This document shows, piece by piece, positions 1 to 11,212 of a stretch of DNA of 64,000 nucleotides. The stretch is from Actinomycetes bacterium (GTDB lineage Bacteria > Actinomycetota > Acidimicrobiia > Acidimicrobiales > Bog-793): the NCBI GenBank assembly GCA_021829645.1, contig JAKBPI010000007.1, forward strand, positions 2,073 through 66,072, in the 5' to 3' direction. The notes beneath the pieces are model-generated. The model ran no database searches. It was not told the DNA's origin and saw nothing but the letters and a program-made list of their open reading frames with translations. Each line of letters starts with the position of its first letter. Position 1 is the stretch's first letter. Made by a program: the position numbers and the translations under genes.

Positions 1-962
1 TTCTGAGCCCCTATTGCTTTCCTTATACCAATTTCACGCGTACGTTCCGTGACCGTAACAAGCATGATGTTCATAACACCTATACCGCCGACAAGGAGAG
101 AGATCGCTGCTACGGCAGCCAACAAGAACGTGAATGTACTGGATGTTGTAGCAGCGGTAGAGAGTAAGCTGGCTTGATTGACAATAGTGAAAGGTAAAGT
201 ACTAACCGTCGTAGCGGTATTAGTAGCCAAGATATTTTCTATTTCACTCTCAGCCAAGTTCAGTGTTGCTGAAGATTTCCCTGCAACCAACAATTCAGAA
301 AACGTCGATGCTTCTCCTGTCAACTGATCCTGCACAGCCGTATAAGGGGCAATAATGACATCGTTTTCATTGCTGGTACCGGAAGTTCCTTTGTTAGCCA
401 GCACACCCACAATCTTAAAACTTGAAGATCCAAGTAAGACGGTTTGTCCTATAGGGTTTTGTCCCCCTGAAAATAAATCCGATACGACGGTCTGTCCTAT
501 CAATACAACCCTGGCTCGCGTCGTAATATCAGAAGAGGTAAGAGTACTGCCCGCTTCCACGGTATAGTCTTCTGCTGTCAAATATGACGGCGTGCTCCCA
601 ATAACGCTTGCCGTGCCAGACGAACTGGCATAGGTAGCCGTAACTGAAGTAGTTATTACGGGAGACACCGAAAGCACGTCGGGGGCCAGTGTTTTGTTTT
701 CCATCTCCGTGACATCTTGCAGTGTTAAATTGGTGAACTGAGTTTGTACGCCGGCCGAAGATCCCCCCTGAAGTACAGTCAGCGTATTGGTACCCAATGC
801 ATTTATACTGTTCTCTACGGCCTGTGAAGAACCTGTTCCCACGGCCACTAGAATAATAACCGCTGCCACACCTATTAAAATACCAAGCGTTGTGAGTGAG
901 GAACGAAGCTTATTGGTCTGAATACCTCTAAAAGAAATTCTTATCCCGTCTAAAAGATTCAT
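1..962 (-). CDS. ABC transporter permease, MacB/FtsX type (3' end of the gene lies outside the window)
   Basis: I translated the minus strand from the ATG at 960-962. It reads [45 protein letters not shown]... and runs to ...[31 protein letters not shown] at the window edge. This is the MacB periplasmic-domain plus FtsX pattern. The start overlaps the upstream ATPase stop as ATGA. It is absent from the ORF track because it runs off the window. Confidence 0.8.
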   Translation of the reverse strand, partial: MNLLDGIRISFRGIQTNKLRSSLTTLGILIGVAAVIILVAVGTGSSQAVENSINALGTNTLTVLQGGSSAGVQTQFTNLTLQDVTEMENKTLAPDVLSVSPVITTSVTATYASSSGTASVIGSTPSYLTAEDYTVEAGSTLTSSDITTRARVVLIGQTVVSDLFSGGQNPIGQTVLLGSSSFKIVGVLANKGTSGTSNENDVIIAPYTAVQDQLTGEASTFSELLVAGKSSATLNLAESEIENILATNTATTVSTLPFTIVNQASLLSTAATTSSTFTFLLAAVAAISLLVGGIGVMNIMLVTVTERTREIGIRKAIGAQ

Positions 963-1867
963 ACGCCGCGCCCACCGATGTTACGAGCTCCCAAAGGACC
1001 TGCTGTTTGAGCAACGGCGCTTTTTTGAAGTTCGGAAGGGTTTGTGGCATGTGATTTTCGTATCCAATGGTCATCGGTTATAGCCTCATCGCTTACCAGA
1101 TGTCCGTCACTTATTCTAATAAGACGGTTGGCATACGCCGCTATATCTGCTTCATGGGTAATCAAAACTATTGTCCTGCCAGCCATATGAAACTCTGAAA
1201 GCAATTTCATAACTTCGTGACTTGAGTGAGTATCCAGATTGCCTGTCGGTTCGTCTGCCAGAATTAGGGAGGGATTAGTGGCTATGGCTCTGGCAACGGC
1301 CACGCGTTGCTGTTGTCCTCCGGAAAGCTTACTGGGAACATGGTCGCCCCTATCAGAAAGTCCTACCAAATCAAGAGCACGCATGGCAATTTTACGACGT
1401 TGTTTTGGCTTAACCCCGGCATAGGCCAAGGGTAGTTCCACATTTGCCAACGCCGAGGTACGCGGTATAAGATTAAAAGACTGAAATACAAACCCTATTT
1501 TTTTGTTGCGTATAATTGCAAGTTGTGTTTCATTGAGTTCTTTTACGTTGATACCATCCAGGTAGTATTCACCGCTCGTCGGCATATCCAAACAGCCTAT
1601 TATGCCCATCAGAGTAGATTTTCCTGAACCAGAGCTACCCATAATGGCCACAAAATCGCCTTTTTCTACTTCCAGGTTCAGTTGACGCAAAGCTAACACA
1701 TTTAGCTCTCCCGTCTGATAAATCTTATAAATATTTTCCAAGCGTATGACAGGTCGACGGGGATCCGGAGTATTGACTTTCTTAGTTTCTTTGATTATAT
1801 GTTCAGCTTTAAGCATTCTTCTTAGCTTTTTATCTCCGAGAAGCTTACCCACCGAAGGCTCCCCCAC
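959..1867 (-). CDS. ABC transporter ATP-binding protein (MacB/LolD-like)
   Basis: Walker A is GSSGSGKST, the signature is LSGGQQQR and Walker B is LILADEPT. The start is uncertain: candidates are GTG at 1867, GTG near 1852 preceded by GGGGAG, and ATG at 1816. Confidence 0.9.
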   Translation of the reverse strand: MGEPSVGKLLGDKKLRRMLKAEHIIKETKKVNTPDPRRPVIRLENIYKIYQTGELNVLALRQLNLEVEKGDFVAIMGSSGSGKSTLMGIIGCLDMPTSGEYYLDGINVKELNETQLAIIRNKKIGFVFQSFNLIPRTSALANVELPLAYAGVKPKQRRKIAMRALDLVGLSDRGDHVPSKLSGGQQQRVAVARAIATNPSLILADEPTGNLDTHSSHEVMKLLSEFHMAGRTIVLITHEADIAAYANRLIRISDGHLVSDEAITDDHWIRKSHATNPSELQKSAVAQTAGPLGARNIGGRGV

Positions 1868-3962
1868 CGCCGAATCCGCCGCCTAATCTCGCTAACCTGC
1901 CGCCGAATCCGCCAGTGGAGGTAACCCCGGAAGAAGCTTTTACTACAGGGAGTACAACTGTTTCACCGGCCTGTAAACCGGATATTATCTGTGTCGTTGA
2001 ACTTCCCACAAGTCCTGTTTTGACGTTAATGACTTTATCGCTCCCGTTTTCGTCAACGGTAACCGTAGAAGTGGAGCCATTCGTTGTTACGGCGGCACTC
2101 GGGACAGTCAATACGTTAGACACAGAACCCGTCACGATAGAAATATCGGCTGTCATACCGTCTTTGACGGAAGACGGCGGGTTGCTGACAGCTATTGTCA
2201 CGTCATAAGTCACGACGCTGGAACTGGTAGTAGGGATATCTGATACATATGTCACTTTACCGGTTGCCGTAACATTTGTCAGAGCCGGAAAAGTAATTGA
2301 AGCCGACTGTCCTACTTTGATAGAAGAAATATCAGCTTCAGCGAAACCGGCAATAATTTCAAAATTATTTAAGTTAGTAATTGTCGCAAAACCGCTACCG
2401 GATGCAGAAGAGGAGGAGGAAGCCCCCTTACCGGAGTTAGTGGCAAAAGTTGATCCTCCGGTCGCAGAAGAACTCGAAGAAGCCGAGCTAGCCCCTGAGT
2501 ATGCTGCAACTGTTTCCCCCACCGCACCATTAAGAGAAGTTATTGTGCCTGAAATAGGGGCCACTAAGGTAGTTTCTTGCAGGTCCTTTTGGTCGGCGGT
2601 AACGTTTGCCTGATCTTGGGCTACCGTTGCTTCATCGGTTGCCACAGTAACGTTGTTACTTTGATTTGACTGCGCTATGGAAGCCTCCGCCGTACTCAGT
2701 GTCTCTTTAGCATTTTGAACAGTGGCTTCTTGCTTGGCAATCGCTGTTTTATCTTCTGAAATAACAGTTTTTTCTTCCGCGCAGGAGGATGAAGCCGTGG
2801 TAAACAATTGCATGGAGCCCTTGCTGATACCTTGCGAGTTCTGTGCTATCAGTTGAAATAGGTAATTCGTATCTGCCTTGAGCCCCGTAATGACAGCTGA
2901 AACCTGAGAAGTTCCGGAGGTATTCACTAGAGTTTCTGTCGGAGTGACCTGACCCAATTTATCTGTTGCTCCCCAGGCAAAGTAGTAAGAAGTGGTTGTG
3001 TTGCCTGGCGTAACGCTACCAGAAAGGTTTACTTCATTAGTCGCTATGCTGCTTGCGCTGCCGGTAACAGCAACGGGAGCCACCGGCGCAAGAGTCGTCG
3101 TCGTGGTGCTCGTAGTCGTAATTTGTACCGGAGAAGATGTTGTAGAGACAGGACCAGAAGTCGGAGCAGAGTCCGTAATAATACCACTGGTTATAAAGCT
3201 TTTTGTAGTCTGCAGGACTGCATCAGGTAAATATAAACTTTCAGAAAGAACCGTAGAATATTTGCTTGCAAAAAGGTTTTCTCGCAACACCGAAGCGCTA
3301 AATTTTCCTCCCGTTGTTGTGGAACCGCTGTTGGCTGTGGCATTTGTACCCTGAGAACTGCCGCCGGTTATCGAGGAGGCAGAACCCGTCGAAGCTCCGC
3401 CTATCGCACTTGTCACTGTGGAACTTCCGGCTGCCGGGCAAGCCAAATTCTCATCTGTGCTCAGCTGTTGCTTGGCAGTTACCAGGTCAGCTTCGTCAGT
3501 CGTCAGTTGCTCTTCATCGTTTGTGATAGCCGATTCGTCATTTGTAATGGTAAGTTGATTAGATAGCTTGTTAGCCGTAGAGCCTCCCTGTTCGGCAGTA
3601 GTCAAGTTCTGTTCGGCGGCAGACAGAGATGCTTCGGCGGCACTCAATGCTGTCTGGGCGCTAGAGGGACTGATTTTTGCTATCACTTGACCGGCGCTAA
3701 CCCGTGAACCCAGCGTCACATTTACCGCCGTTAAAGTACCGCTTATGGGAAATCCGACCGTGGCAGTGGAGGCTGATTGAATATTGCCGGTAGCTGTCTG
3801 AGAGGTTTCAACATTTCCGGCGGTAACAGATGCTGTCCTCACCGAGGCGGCAGATGCCGAGTTAGGCATGTAGACATAGGCAACGGCAAAACCTGCCAAA
3901 GAGAGCACCGCCGCCGTCAATATTGCGTAAGCAATAGCGGATCTTATTTTTTTGCTTCCCAT
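1845..3962 (-). CDS. HlyD/MacA-family membrane-fusion (periplasmic adaptor) protein with a large insertion containing an FN3-like domain
   Basis: It has an N-terminal TM helix, a lipoyl-like segment (FPISGTLTAVNVTLGSRVSAGQVIAKI) and two coiled-coil halves. It also has a second lipoyl half (LVAPISGTITSL), a beta-barrel/MP region and a Gly-rich tail. The insert between Cys175 and Cys394 ends in an FN3-like stretch (...YYFAWGATDKLG...GLKADTNYLFQLIAQNSQG...). Confidence 0.75.
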   Translation of the reverse strand: MGSKKIRSAIAYAILTAAVLSLAGFAVAYVYMPNSASAASVRTASVTAGNVETSQTATGNIQSASTATVGFPISGTLTAVNVTLGSRVSAGQVIAKISPSSAQTALSAAEASLSAAEQNLTTAEQGGSTANKLSNQLTITNDESAITNDEEQLTTDEADLVTAKQQLSTDENLACPAAGSSTVTSAIGGASTGSASSITGGSSQGTNATANSGSTTTGGKFSASVLRENLFASKYSTVLSESLYLPDAVLQTTKSFITSGIITDSAPTSGPVSTTSSPVQITTTSTTTTTLAPVAPVAVTGSASSIATNEVNLSGSVTPGNTTTSYYFAWGATDKLGQVTPTETLVNTSGTSQVSAVITGLKADTNYLFQLIAQNSQGISKGSMQLFTTASSSCAEEKTVISEDKTAIAKQEATVQNAKETLSTAEASIAQSNQSNNVTVATDEATVAQDQANVTADQKDLQETTLVAPISGTITSLNGAVGETVAAYSGASSASSSSSATGGSTFATNSGKGASSSSSASGSGFATITNLNNFEIIAGFAEADISSIKVGQSASITFPALTNVTATGKVTYVSDIPTTSSSVVTYDVTIAVSNPPSSVKDGMTADISIVTGSVSNVLTVPSAAVTTNGSTSTVTVDENGSDKVINVKTGLVGSSTTQIISGLQAGETVVLPVVKASSGVTSTGGFGGRLARLGGGFGGGGAFGG

Positions 3963-3963
3963 G

Positions 3964-4620
3964 TTACGATCCTTTTACTGTAGTAGCGGTCGAGGAAGAG
4001 CTCTTATGGACCAAAGATAGACATTCGCCGATAATCTTGCGGTCGGCAGCAGAAATAGCCGGTCTTTTGCCTGATGCAGGTCTAAGATCGGAAAGCGAAA
4101 GCCCGTTCACCTGCAGACAGTCTTGGAACGCCTTATTTTGTACAGAAGAAGAAAACCCTCCGCCACCGGGAAAACCTCTGAACCCGCCTTTTGGCCTGAG
4201 GGAGGCACAAGCGCTCAAAGCGGCTTTATATTTGGGGTTGGAAGAAAAAAATCCGCCTGTTCCGGAAGCACCGCGTGGAAACCCGCCGACTCCCGTACCG
4301 GAGGATCCGGAGCGAAATCTTCTAAATCCGGAGCTTCCTGCGAACCCAGCCCTCCTACCAGAAAAACCGGGTAGCGTCAGCCCATGTTTTGCCAGACAAT
4401 CTCTGTATGCGGTAAACGAACTTGTGGCGGCAGAGGCCCCTTTGGCGGTAGAAGTCGTCGTTTTACCGCTTGTTGATGTGACAGTCGAAGAGGCATCCGA
4501 AGTCCCGCCACAGGCAGCAAACAGCAAAGCAACGACACTCAGTACCGAAAGAATCAAAAATTGTCCAGAAAGTCGCTGCTCGGTTATTTTTTTCTTATAA
4601 GTAATGGCGTTCATATACAA
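3964..4620 (-). CDS. Putative lipoprotein, Gly/Arg/Phe-rich, first gene of the ABC efflux operon
   Basis: It has a signal sequence with a lipobox-like LLFAAC. A Cys-containing motif repeats (AYRDCLAKHGLTLP and AFQDCLQVNGLSLS). GGF/RGF low-complexity tracts are present. Its stop lies 1 nt before the adaptor start. Confidence 0.6.
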   Translation of the reverse strand: MYMNAITYKKKITEQRLSGQFLILSVLSVVALLFAACGGTSDASSTVTSTSGKTTTSTAKGASAATSSFTAYRDCLAKHGLTLPGFSGRRAGFAGSSGFRRFRSGSSGTGVGGFPRGASGTGGFFSSNPKYKAALSACASLRPKGGFRGFPGGGGFSSSVQNKAFQDCLQVNGLSLSDLRPASGKRPAISAADRKIIGECLSLVHKSSSSTATTVKGS

Positions 4621-4700
4621 ACAGTGACATACATTCCTGAGAAAATGTTAAGAAATATCTGTTGATTTGTTATGAATCAGATAAGTGCGCAGTAGCCACC

Positions 4701-4931
4701 TCAAAACGGCAGATCGTCATCTGCATCGTTCAGCAACCTGATAACCCGTAAAATCTGAGAGCGACACTTAGTTAACTTTTTGTCAGCTTCGGAACGCTTG
4801 GTACTGCCTTGTGAAACCGCAGTCCTCACCGCATCTAAAACCAGTTCGTCGAGCCTGTCAGCTATCTTTTGCAACTCCACAACAATGTCTGTCAGTGCTT
4901 CTTCTGCACGAGAGTCGTCGTTTGTCTTCAT
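4701..4931 (-). CDS. Small (76 aa) helical acidic protein ending in DDDLPF
   Basis: This is the internal ATG of ORF 4701..5042, 26 nt downstream of the gltD stop. It reads MKTNDDSRAEEALTDIVVELQKIADRLDELVL...LLNDADDDLPF. There is no clear SD, so its coding status is not proven. Confidence 0.45.
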   Translation of the reverse strand: MKTNDDSRAEEALTDIVVELQKIADRLDELVLDAVRTAVSQGSTKRSEADKKLTKCRSQILRVIRLLNDADDDLPF

Positions 4932-4957
4932 AAACCAAGAATAGCAACGGCTGGCTG

Positions 4958-6457
4958 TTATGCCAACGCCATTTGACCGGGTGCGATTGGTGCCGGCAAA
5001 TAAGTCTCTCCCATTAGGTAGGCATCCACTTTGGAAGCGCATGCCCTGCCCTCAGCGATGGCCCACACCACCAGACTCTGACCCCGAGAGGCATCTCCGC
5101 AGGCAAAAACGCCGTCGGTGTTGGTCATGAAATTGGCATCGACGGCAATATTGGAACGCTCAGTGAGTTTTAGCCCCAGAGGAGCGACAAGTCCGTTTTT
5201 TTCAGGACCGACAAAGCCCATAGCCAGAAGCACCAGTTGGGTATCCAGGATGACTTTATTGTCATCCGTATGCTTCGCGATTCCTGATACATCTGCGCTT
5301 TTATCTAATAACTCAACTTCCAGACCGGTAAGTCTGTTTTCGGGATCTGCCAGAAACCGTGTCGTAGTGATCGAAAACATCTGTGAGCCGCCTTCTTCGT
5401 GAGCCGAAGAAACCCTAAAAATACGCGGCCACGTTGGCCAGGGGTTGTCATCGCGTCTCGCCTGTGGGGGACGGGGCATGATTTCCAGTTGGACAACAGA
5501 TTTTGCCCCTTGCCTATGTGCAGTTCCCAGACAGTCGGCACCCGTATCGCCGCCGCCTATGATGATCACATCTTTACCTTTAGCGCTGACCGATGGCGCA
5601 TCAAGCACTCCTTCACAGACCAGATTTGCCTGCTTCAAGTAATCCATAGCAAACAAAATCCCGTCTGCATTGCGACCCTCTATCCCTAAATCACGCGGTA
5701 ATGTCGATCCCGTACATAAAATAATGGCGTCATAATCGTCTTGCAGGGCTCCGACAGAAATGACGGAAGCACCAGGGGCTGATGCCCCAGGAACCTCGCT
5801 GCTCACCTCGCCTACGGAGGTATTGGTAACAAATTTTGTACCCTCTTGTTCCATTTGCAGGATCCGTTGATCCAAAACGCTTTTTTCCAGTTTGAACTCA
5901 GGAATCCCGTAGCGGAGCAAGCCACCTATTTTTTCCGCTCTCTCCAACACAACTACACTGTGTCCGGCCCTAGTCAACTGCTGGGCACATGCCAGTCCAG
6001 CCGGTCCAGAGCCCACGACAGCTACTTTCTTGTTCGTTTTACGAGATGCCAAAACCGGTTCGAGACCGCGCTCTGATGCCGCTTTGGAAATTTCAAATTC
6101 GATTTGTTTAATCGAAACCGGATCATCGGCAATTCCCAGAACGCATGACCCTTCACAGGGTGCCGGACATATTCTGCCAGTAAAATCTGGGAAATTATTG
6201 GTGGCGTGAAGACGATTTATGGCTGCATCGACTTCTCCGCGTCGCATCAGGTCATTCCACTCCGGGATGAGGTTAGCCAAAGGACAGCCTTCATGACAAA
6301 AAGGTATGCCGCAGTCCATACACCTGGTCGCCTGAACCTTTAGTTTATCCTTGTCAAAGTCGCGATAAACTTCTTTCCAGTCGTGTATTCGTTCTTCTGC
6401 GGCTCGCCTCGCAGGATTTTCCCTCTTGTAGTTCAAAAAGCCTCTGGGGTCAGCCAT
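4958..6457 (-). CDS. gltD: Glutamate synthase (NADPH) small subunit
   Basis: Fe-S cysteines are present (CMDCGIPFC and CPAPCEGSC). There are two dinucleotide folds ([14 protein letters not shown] and [12 protein letters not shown]). It overlaps the gltB stop by 8 nt. Confidence 0.9.
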   Translation of the reverse strand: MADPRGFLNYKRENPARRAAEERIHDWKEVYRDFDKDKLKVQATRCMDCGIPFCHEGCPLANLIPEWNDLMRRGEVDAAINRLHATNNFPDFTGRICPAPCEGSCVLGIADDPVSIKQIEFEISKAASERGLEPVLASRKTNKKVAVVGSGPAGLACAQQLTRAGHSVVVLERAEKIGGLLRYGIPEFKLEKSVLDQRILQMEQEGTKFVTNTSVGEVSSEVPGASAPGASVISVGALQDDYDAIILCTGSTLPRDLGIEGRNADGILFAMDYLKQANLVCEGVLDAPSVSAKGKDVIIIGGGDTGADCLGTAHRQGAKSVVQLEIMPRPPQARRDDNPWPTWPRIFRVSSAHEEGGSQMFSITTTRFLADPENRLTGLEVELLDKSADVSGIAKHTDDNKVILDTQLVLLAMGFVGPEKNGLVAPLGLKLTERSNIAVDANFMTNTDGVFACGDASRGQSLVVWAIAEGRACASKVDAYLMGETYLPAPIAPGQMALA

Positions 6458-9400
6458 GACTGGCCGCCATAATAGCCTCGAGCGGGTCCGCTCCTGACAA
6501 TTCCGCTTGTTTCATAATGTCGGTTACCCTCTTATAGTCCAACGGCATGACTTTCACAAAACTCCTGAGTGCATTGGTAAAGTCGCCCAAGACGGCTAAT
6601 GCCCTCCGGGAGTCCGTTAAGTCATAGTGTCTTTTACAGATATCTTCCAGAAATGATGCGTCTTCACCGGACAGTTCGTCAATTGTCACCATCTCTTTGT
6701 TCAAGTTACTCTCAAAATCGCCGTTTTCGTCAAAAACATAGGCTATGCCTCCAGACATACCGGCGGCAAAATTGCGACCGGTCTGACCCAGAATAACGAC
6801 ACGTCCTCCCGTCATATATTCACAGCCATGATCGCCTATCCCTTCCGCCACGGCCGTCACGCCTGAGTTCCTGACACAGAACCTCTCCCCCACGACACCG
6901 GAAATAAACAATTCCCCAGCCGTTGCCCCATAGGCACAGACATTACCGGCAATGATATTCGTAGAAGAATCAAAAGTCGCTTCCAGTGGGGGTCTTACGA
7001 TGATTCTCCCCCCGGAGAGACCTTTTGCCAAGTAGTCGTTGGAGTCTCCAAATAACTTTATTTCTATCCCACGGGGTAAAAAGGCTCCCAAGCTTTGTCC
7101 GGCAGATCCAGATAGCCGGATGCTTATCGTAGAGTCCGGCAGACCTTCCATACCGTATTTGGATGTCACCACTGAACCGAGCATGGTGCCGAGGCTTCTG
7201 TTGGTGTTGTGTACCGGCACCTCTATCGATACCGGTTTGCCATTCTCAATGGCCGGAGCGGCCAACCTGATCAATTCTCTGTCCAAAATATTATCCAAAC
7301 CGTGCTCTTGTGGCTTAGTGTTCCTTCTGGCACCAGAGCCAAACTCGGAACTCTCTACCACCAAGAGGGGAGAAAGATCGATACCAGAGGCCTTGTAGTG
7401 TGTAAGGGCGGGGGCAAAATCCAGACTTTCCACATTGCCTATGGCTTCTTCCAAACCGTGAAAACCAAGTGCCGCCAAGTACTCGCGTACCTCTTCAGCG
7501 ATAAAAAGAAAGAAGTTTTCCACAAATTCCGGTTTTCCGGTAAAGCGCTTTCTGAGTTCGGGGTTTTGTGTGGCTATACCCACAGGGCAGGTGTCTAAGT
7601 GACACACCCTCATCATGACGCAACCGGAAACCACCAAAGCAGCCGTGGCAAAACCGAATTCCTCGGCACCCAGGAGAGCGGCTATGATAACGTCACGACC
7701 TGTTTTCATCTGCCCGTCCACTTGGACAACTATTCTATCCCGCAGTCCGTTTTTCATCAGTGTCTGCTGAGTCTCCGCCAGACCAAGTTCCCAAGGTGCT
7801 CCGGCGTGTTTTACCGAAGTCAAGGGCGCAGCTCCGGTGCCGCCGTCATGTCCGGAAATCAGTACCACGTCGGCATGTGCTTTGGCCACGCCTGCGGCAA
7901 CCGTTCCGATACCGATTTCAGACACCAGCTTGACGTGTATTCTGGCTTTTGAATTGGCATTCTTTAAGTCGTAGATAAGTTGTGCTAAGTCCTCGATCGA
8001 ATAGATGTCGTGGTGCGGAGGAGGAGATATCAACCCTACCCCCGGTGTGGAGTATCTGGTTTTGGCAATCCATGGATAGACTTTGTGTCCGGGCAATTGA
8101 CCGCCTTCTCCGGGCTTTGCCCCTTGAGCCATTTTTATTTGAATGTCGTCAGCGTTGATGAGATAGTAACTAGTAACGCCGAATCTGCCGGATGCCACCT
8201 GCTTAACGGCACTACGTCTGAGATCTCCGTTTTCATCCGGGAAAAATCTTTCCGGATCTTCTCCGCCTTCACCCGTGTTGGATTTTCCACCTAACCTATT
8301 CATAGCGATGGCCAAAGTTTCGTGAGCTTCTTTGGAAATAGAACCGTAGCTCATGGCACCGGTGGCAAACCGCTTGACTATTTCCGAAGCCGGTTCCACT
8401 TCTTCTATTGGTATTGGAGGTCTCAGCGATTTTTCGCCGACACGCAAATCAAATAGTCCTCGCAGCGTAGCCAACTGTCTGCTTTTCTCATCTATGGCGT
8501 TGGTATATTCTTTGAAAATTGAGTACTGCTTGGAACGAGTTGAGTGTTGCAATTTGAACACCGTTTTAGGATCAAAAAGGTGCACTTCACCTTCTCTGCG
8601 CCATTGATATTCGCCGCCTATTTCAGTTTCGCGATAAGCCAATTCAGATTTAGGGGCAAAATAGGCAAGTCTGTGTCGGTGCGCAACGTCTTGAGCGAGG
8701 CTGTCTATGTTGGCACCGCCCAAGTGAGAAGCAGTGTTGGTAAAGTAGCGGTTCAGAAAACTCTTTTCCAAACCAACCGCTTCAAACACGTGCGCCCCGG
8801 TGTAAGAAGCAATAGTGGAAATGCCCATCTTGGACATGACCTTGAGAATACCTTTACCTGCCGCTTTAATGTAGTTCTTGACAGCTTGGCGCTCTGTCAC
8901 GTCGCTTATTTCACCGGAACGAACCATATCAACTATGGACTCTAAGGCCAGATAAGGATTGACAGCGACTGCGCCGTAACCGATCAAGAGAGCCATATGA
9001 TGTACCTCTCTGGCGTCACCCGCTTCGACTATTAAACCTGCTCTGGTTCTCGCGCGTTCTCTTACCAAATGGTTATGCACGGAGGCTGTCAAAAGAAGGG
9101 AGGGAATCGGTGCCATCTCTTTGCTTGAGTTTCTGTCAGAGAGGATAATGACATTGGCCCCTCTCCTGACGGCACTTATGATCTCATCGAGAATACGCTC
9201 GATGGCCTGTGCCATACCGGCTCCGCCTTTTGCTACTTCATACAGGCCATCAATGGTAAAAGCTTTAAAGCCGGGGGTCTCACCATTCTCGTTGATGTAC
9301 ATCAACTTGGCCAACTCAGCGTTGTCGATAATAGGAAATTCTATGGCTATTTGCCTGGCTGATTCAGGCGTGGGTTGTAGTAAATTGCCTTCCGGACCGA

Positions 9401-11015
9401 TGGTATTGGAAAGAGAAGTAACCATCTCCTCTCGAATCGCATCCAGAGGAGGATTGGTAACCTGGGCAAAAATTTGATTGAAGTAATCGAACAACAACTT
9501 GGGTCTCCGGGAAAGAACTGCGATAGGAGTATCAGAACCCATAGAACCTATCGGTTCGGCAGCGTTTTTAGCCATGGGCGTGAGAAGGATCCTCAACTCT
9601 TCTTCGGTAAAGCCAAAGAGTCTTTGACGGGTAACGACCGTAGCATGTTGAGGTGTCAACATAAATCTGGGGGGCAGTTCTGAAAGGTTGATCATATTTT
9701 CGGCTACCCAGTCGCCGTAAGGGTGAGCTTTGGCCAGTTCCTCTTTGAGCTCCGCGTCGTTTAAGACTTTTTTTGCTTCCGTGTCCACCAAAAACATTCT
9801 TCCGGGCTGCAAACGACCTTTTTTCTCGATATCGGCCGGCGGTATCTCCAAAACGCCGACTTCGGAAGCCAGAACCACAAGTCCGTCTTTGGTTATCCAA
9901 TAGCGGGCGGGCCGTAAACCGTTCCTGTCGAGAAGCGCTCCGACGATGGTACCATCCGTAAAGGCCACGGCAGCCGGTCCGTCCCAAGGCTCCATGATAC
10001 AGGAGTGAAATTTAAAAAACGACTTGAGCTCTTGTGACATCTTGTCATTATGCTGCCATGCTTCTGGAATCATCATCAAAACGGCGTGGGGCAAAGACCT
10101 CCCGAAAAGATGCAGGAGTTCCAATGTCTCGTCAAAGGATGCCGAGTCCGAGGATCCTTCTGCCAGAATAGGCAAAATTCTTTCAAAACCTTTAGGCAAT
10201 GCGTCAGAAGCCAGCATAGACTCTCTGGCTCGCATCCAGTTTCTATTACCGTTGACCGTATTAATTTCTCCGTTGTGTGCTATCACCCTGTAGGGATGTG
10301 CCAGCGGCCACGAAGGAAATGTGTTAGTAGAAAATCTGGAGTGCACCAAGGATATAGAGCTTTCGCAGAGAGGATTGGTTAAATCCTGATAGAAACTCTC
10401 CAATTGCTCACTCGCCAACATTCCCTTATAGACAAAAGTTCTACAAGACAGAGAGGGGAAATACACGCCCGGAACTGCGTGTTCCACGCGCTTTCGCACG
10501 ACAAACAACAGGCGATCAAGCCCTATTCCCGAGATATCGGCGTATTGCCCGGAGACATCAGGCGCCATAAATACTTGTGTAAAAACCGGAGCCGTCGTAA
10601 GAGCAGACTTACCGGCAAAGTTCAGATCGACAGGAATATCCCTCCATCCGAGTACACTCACGCCTTCTTCGGCTGCTATAGCCTCTATCGCTGCTTTTAC
10701 AACTGATTGGTCAGAAGCATCTTTTGGCAAAAAACACACTCCGGAACCGTAAAAACCTTTTGGCGGAAGTTCAAAAGAGACTGAGGACCTGAAGAGCTTG
10801 TCCGGCATTTGGATCATGATGCCTGCTCCGTCACCAGTCTCCGGGTCGGCGCCGTATGCTCCCCTGTGACGTAAATTACAGAGAGCCTGTATACCCAACT
10901 GAACGGTTTTATGACTCGGCGGGTTTGCTATATCGGCCACAAAAGCCACACCACAGGCATCGTGTTCAAAACGTGAGTCGTAGAGACCAGTTAGTTTAGT
11001 TTCTTTATTCATCAT
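6450..11015 (-). CDS. gltB: Glutamate synthase large subunit
   Basis: The protein is 1521 aa. It has an N-terminal amidotransferase CGVAFVA, an FMN/3Fe-4S central domain and a C-terminal GXGXG beta-helix ([11 protein letters not shown]). Confidence 0.95.
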   Translation of the reverse strand: MMNKETKLTGLYDSRFEHDACGVAFVADIANPPSHKTVQLGIQALCNLRHRGAYGADPETGDGAGIMIQMPDKLFRSSVSFELPPKGFYGSGVCFLPKDASDQSVVKAAIEAIAAEEGVSVLGWRDIPVDLNFAGKSALTTAPVFTQVFMAPDVSGQYADISGIGLDRLLFVVRKRVEHAVPGVYFPSLSCRTFVYKGMLASEQLESFYQDLTNPLCESSISLVHSRFSTNTFPSWPLAHPYRVIAHNGEINTVNGNRNWMRARESMLASDALPKGFERILPILAEGSSDSASFDETLELLHLFGRSLPHAVLMMIPEAWQHNDKMSQELKSFFKFHSCIMEPWDGPAAVAFTDGTIVGALLDRNGLRPARYWITKDGLVVLASEVGVLEIPPADIEKKGRLQPGRMFLVDTEAKKVLNDAELKEELAKAHPYGDWVAENMINLSELPPRFMLTPQHATVVTRQRLFGFTEEELRILLTPMAKNAAEPIGSMGSDTPIAVLSRRPKLLFDYFNQIFAQVTNPPLDAIREEMVTSLSNTIGPEGNLLQPTPESARQIAIEFPIIDNAELAKLMYINENGETPGFKAFTIDGLYEVAKGGAGMAQAIERILDEIISAVRRGANVIILSDRNSSKEMAPIPSLLLTASVHNHLVRERARTRAGLIVEAGDAREVHHMALLIGYGAVAVNPYLALESIVDMVRSGEISDVTERQAVKNYIKAAGKGILKVMSKMGISTIASYTGAHVFEAVGLEKSFLNRYFTNTASHLGGANIDSLAQDVAHRHRLAYFAPKSELAYRETEIGGEYQWRREGEVHLFDPKTVFKLQHSTRSKQYSIFKEYTNAIDEKSRQLATLRGLFDLRVGEKSLRPPIPIEEVEPASEIVKRFATGAMSYGSISKEAHETLAIAMNRLGGKSNTGEGGEDPERFFPDENGDLRRSAVKQVASGRFGVTSYYLINADDIQIKMAQGAKPGEGGQLPGHKVYPWIAKTRYSTPGVGLISPPPHHDIYSIEDLAQLIYDLKNANSKARIHVKLVSEIGIGTVAAGVAKAHADVVLISGHDGGTGAAPLTSVKHAGAPWELGLAETQQTLMKNGLRDRIVVQVDGQMKTGRDVIIAALLGAEEFGFATAALVVSGCVMMRVCHLDTCPVGIATQNPELRKRFTGKPEFVENFFLFIAEEVREYLAALGFHGLEEAIGNVESLDFAPALTHYKASGIDLSPLLVVESSEFGSGARRNTKPQEHGLDNILDRELIRLAAPAIENGKPVSIEVPVHNTNRSLGTMLGSVVTSKYGMEGLPDSTISIRLSGSAGQSLGAFLPRGIEIKLFGDSNDYLAKGLSGGRIIVRPPLEATFDSSTNIIAGNVCAYGATAGELFISGVVGERFCVRNSGVTAVAEGIGDHGCEYMTGGRVVILGQTGRNFAAGMSGGIAYVFDENGDFESNLNKEMVTIDELSGEDASFLEDICKRHYDLTDSRRALAVLGDFTNALRSFVKVMPLDYKRVTDIMKQAELSGADPLEAIMAASHG

Positions 11016-11212
11016 CCCTCAAATATTTCTAGAGTCAAAATACAAACACATATTTTACCCAAAAAGGGACGACACTGGCCCAAAAGTATTGTATCACTTT
11101 CACAGCCGGAAAACGTCGGTATCCCAAATAGCGATCGGGTAAATCTGTATTGAAAAAACGCCAATTGTTGTCTTGGAACTTTTGAAAAGCACGCCGGAAG
11201 TCCGGGAAGTAC

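Noticed and set aside
1915-4600. Many long + strand ORFs antisense to the adaptor and lipoprotein genes, for example 2992..3354, 4037..4600 and 4123..4374.
   Set aside because: They lie opposite Ser/Thr/Gly-rich low-complexity coding sequence, which naturally lacks stops on the other strand. Their products are Pro/Val/Glu-rich with no motifs. The minus-strand genes have clear family signatures.
11150-11212. A short CCGG-AAGT-CCGG hairpin followed by a T-run, considered as a serS terminator.
   Set aside because: The stem is only 4-5 bp. That is too weak to call without transcript data.
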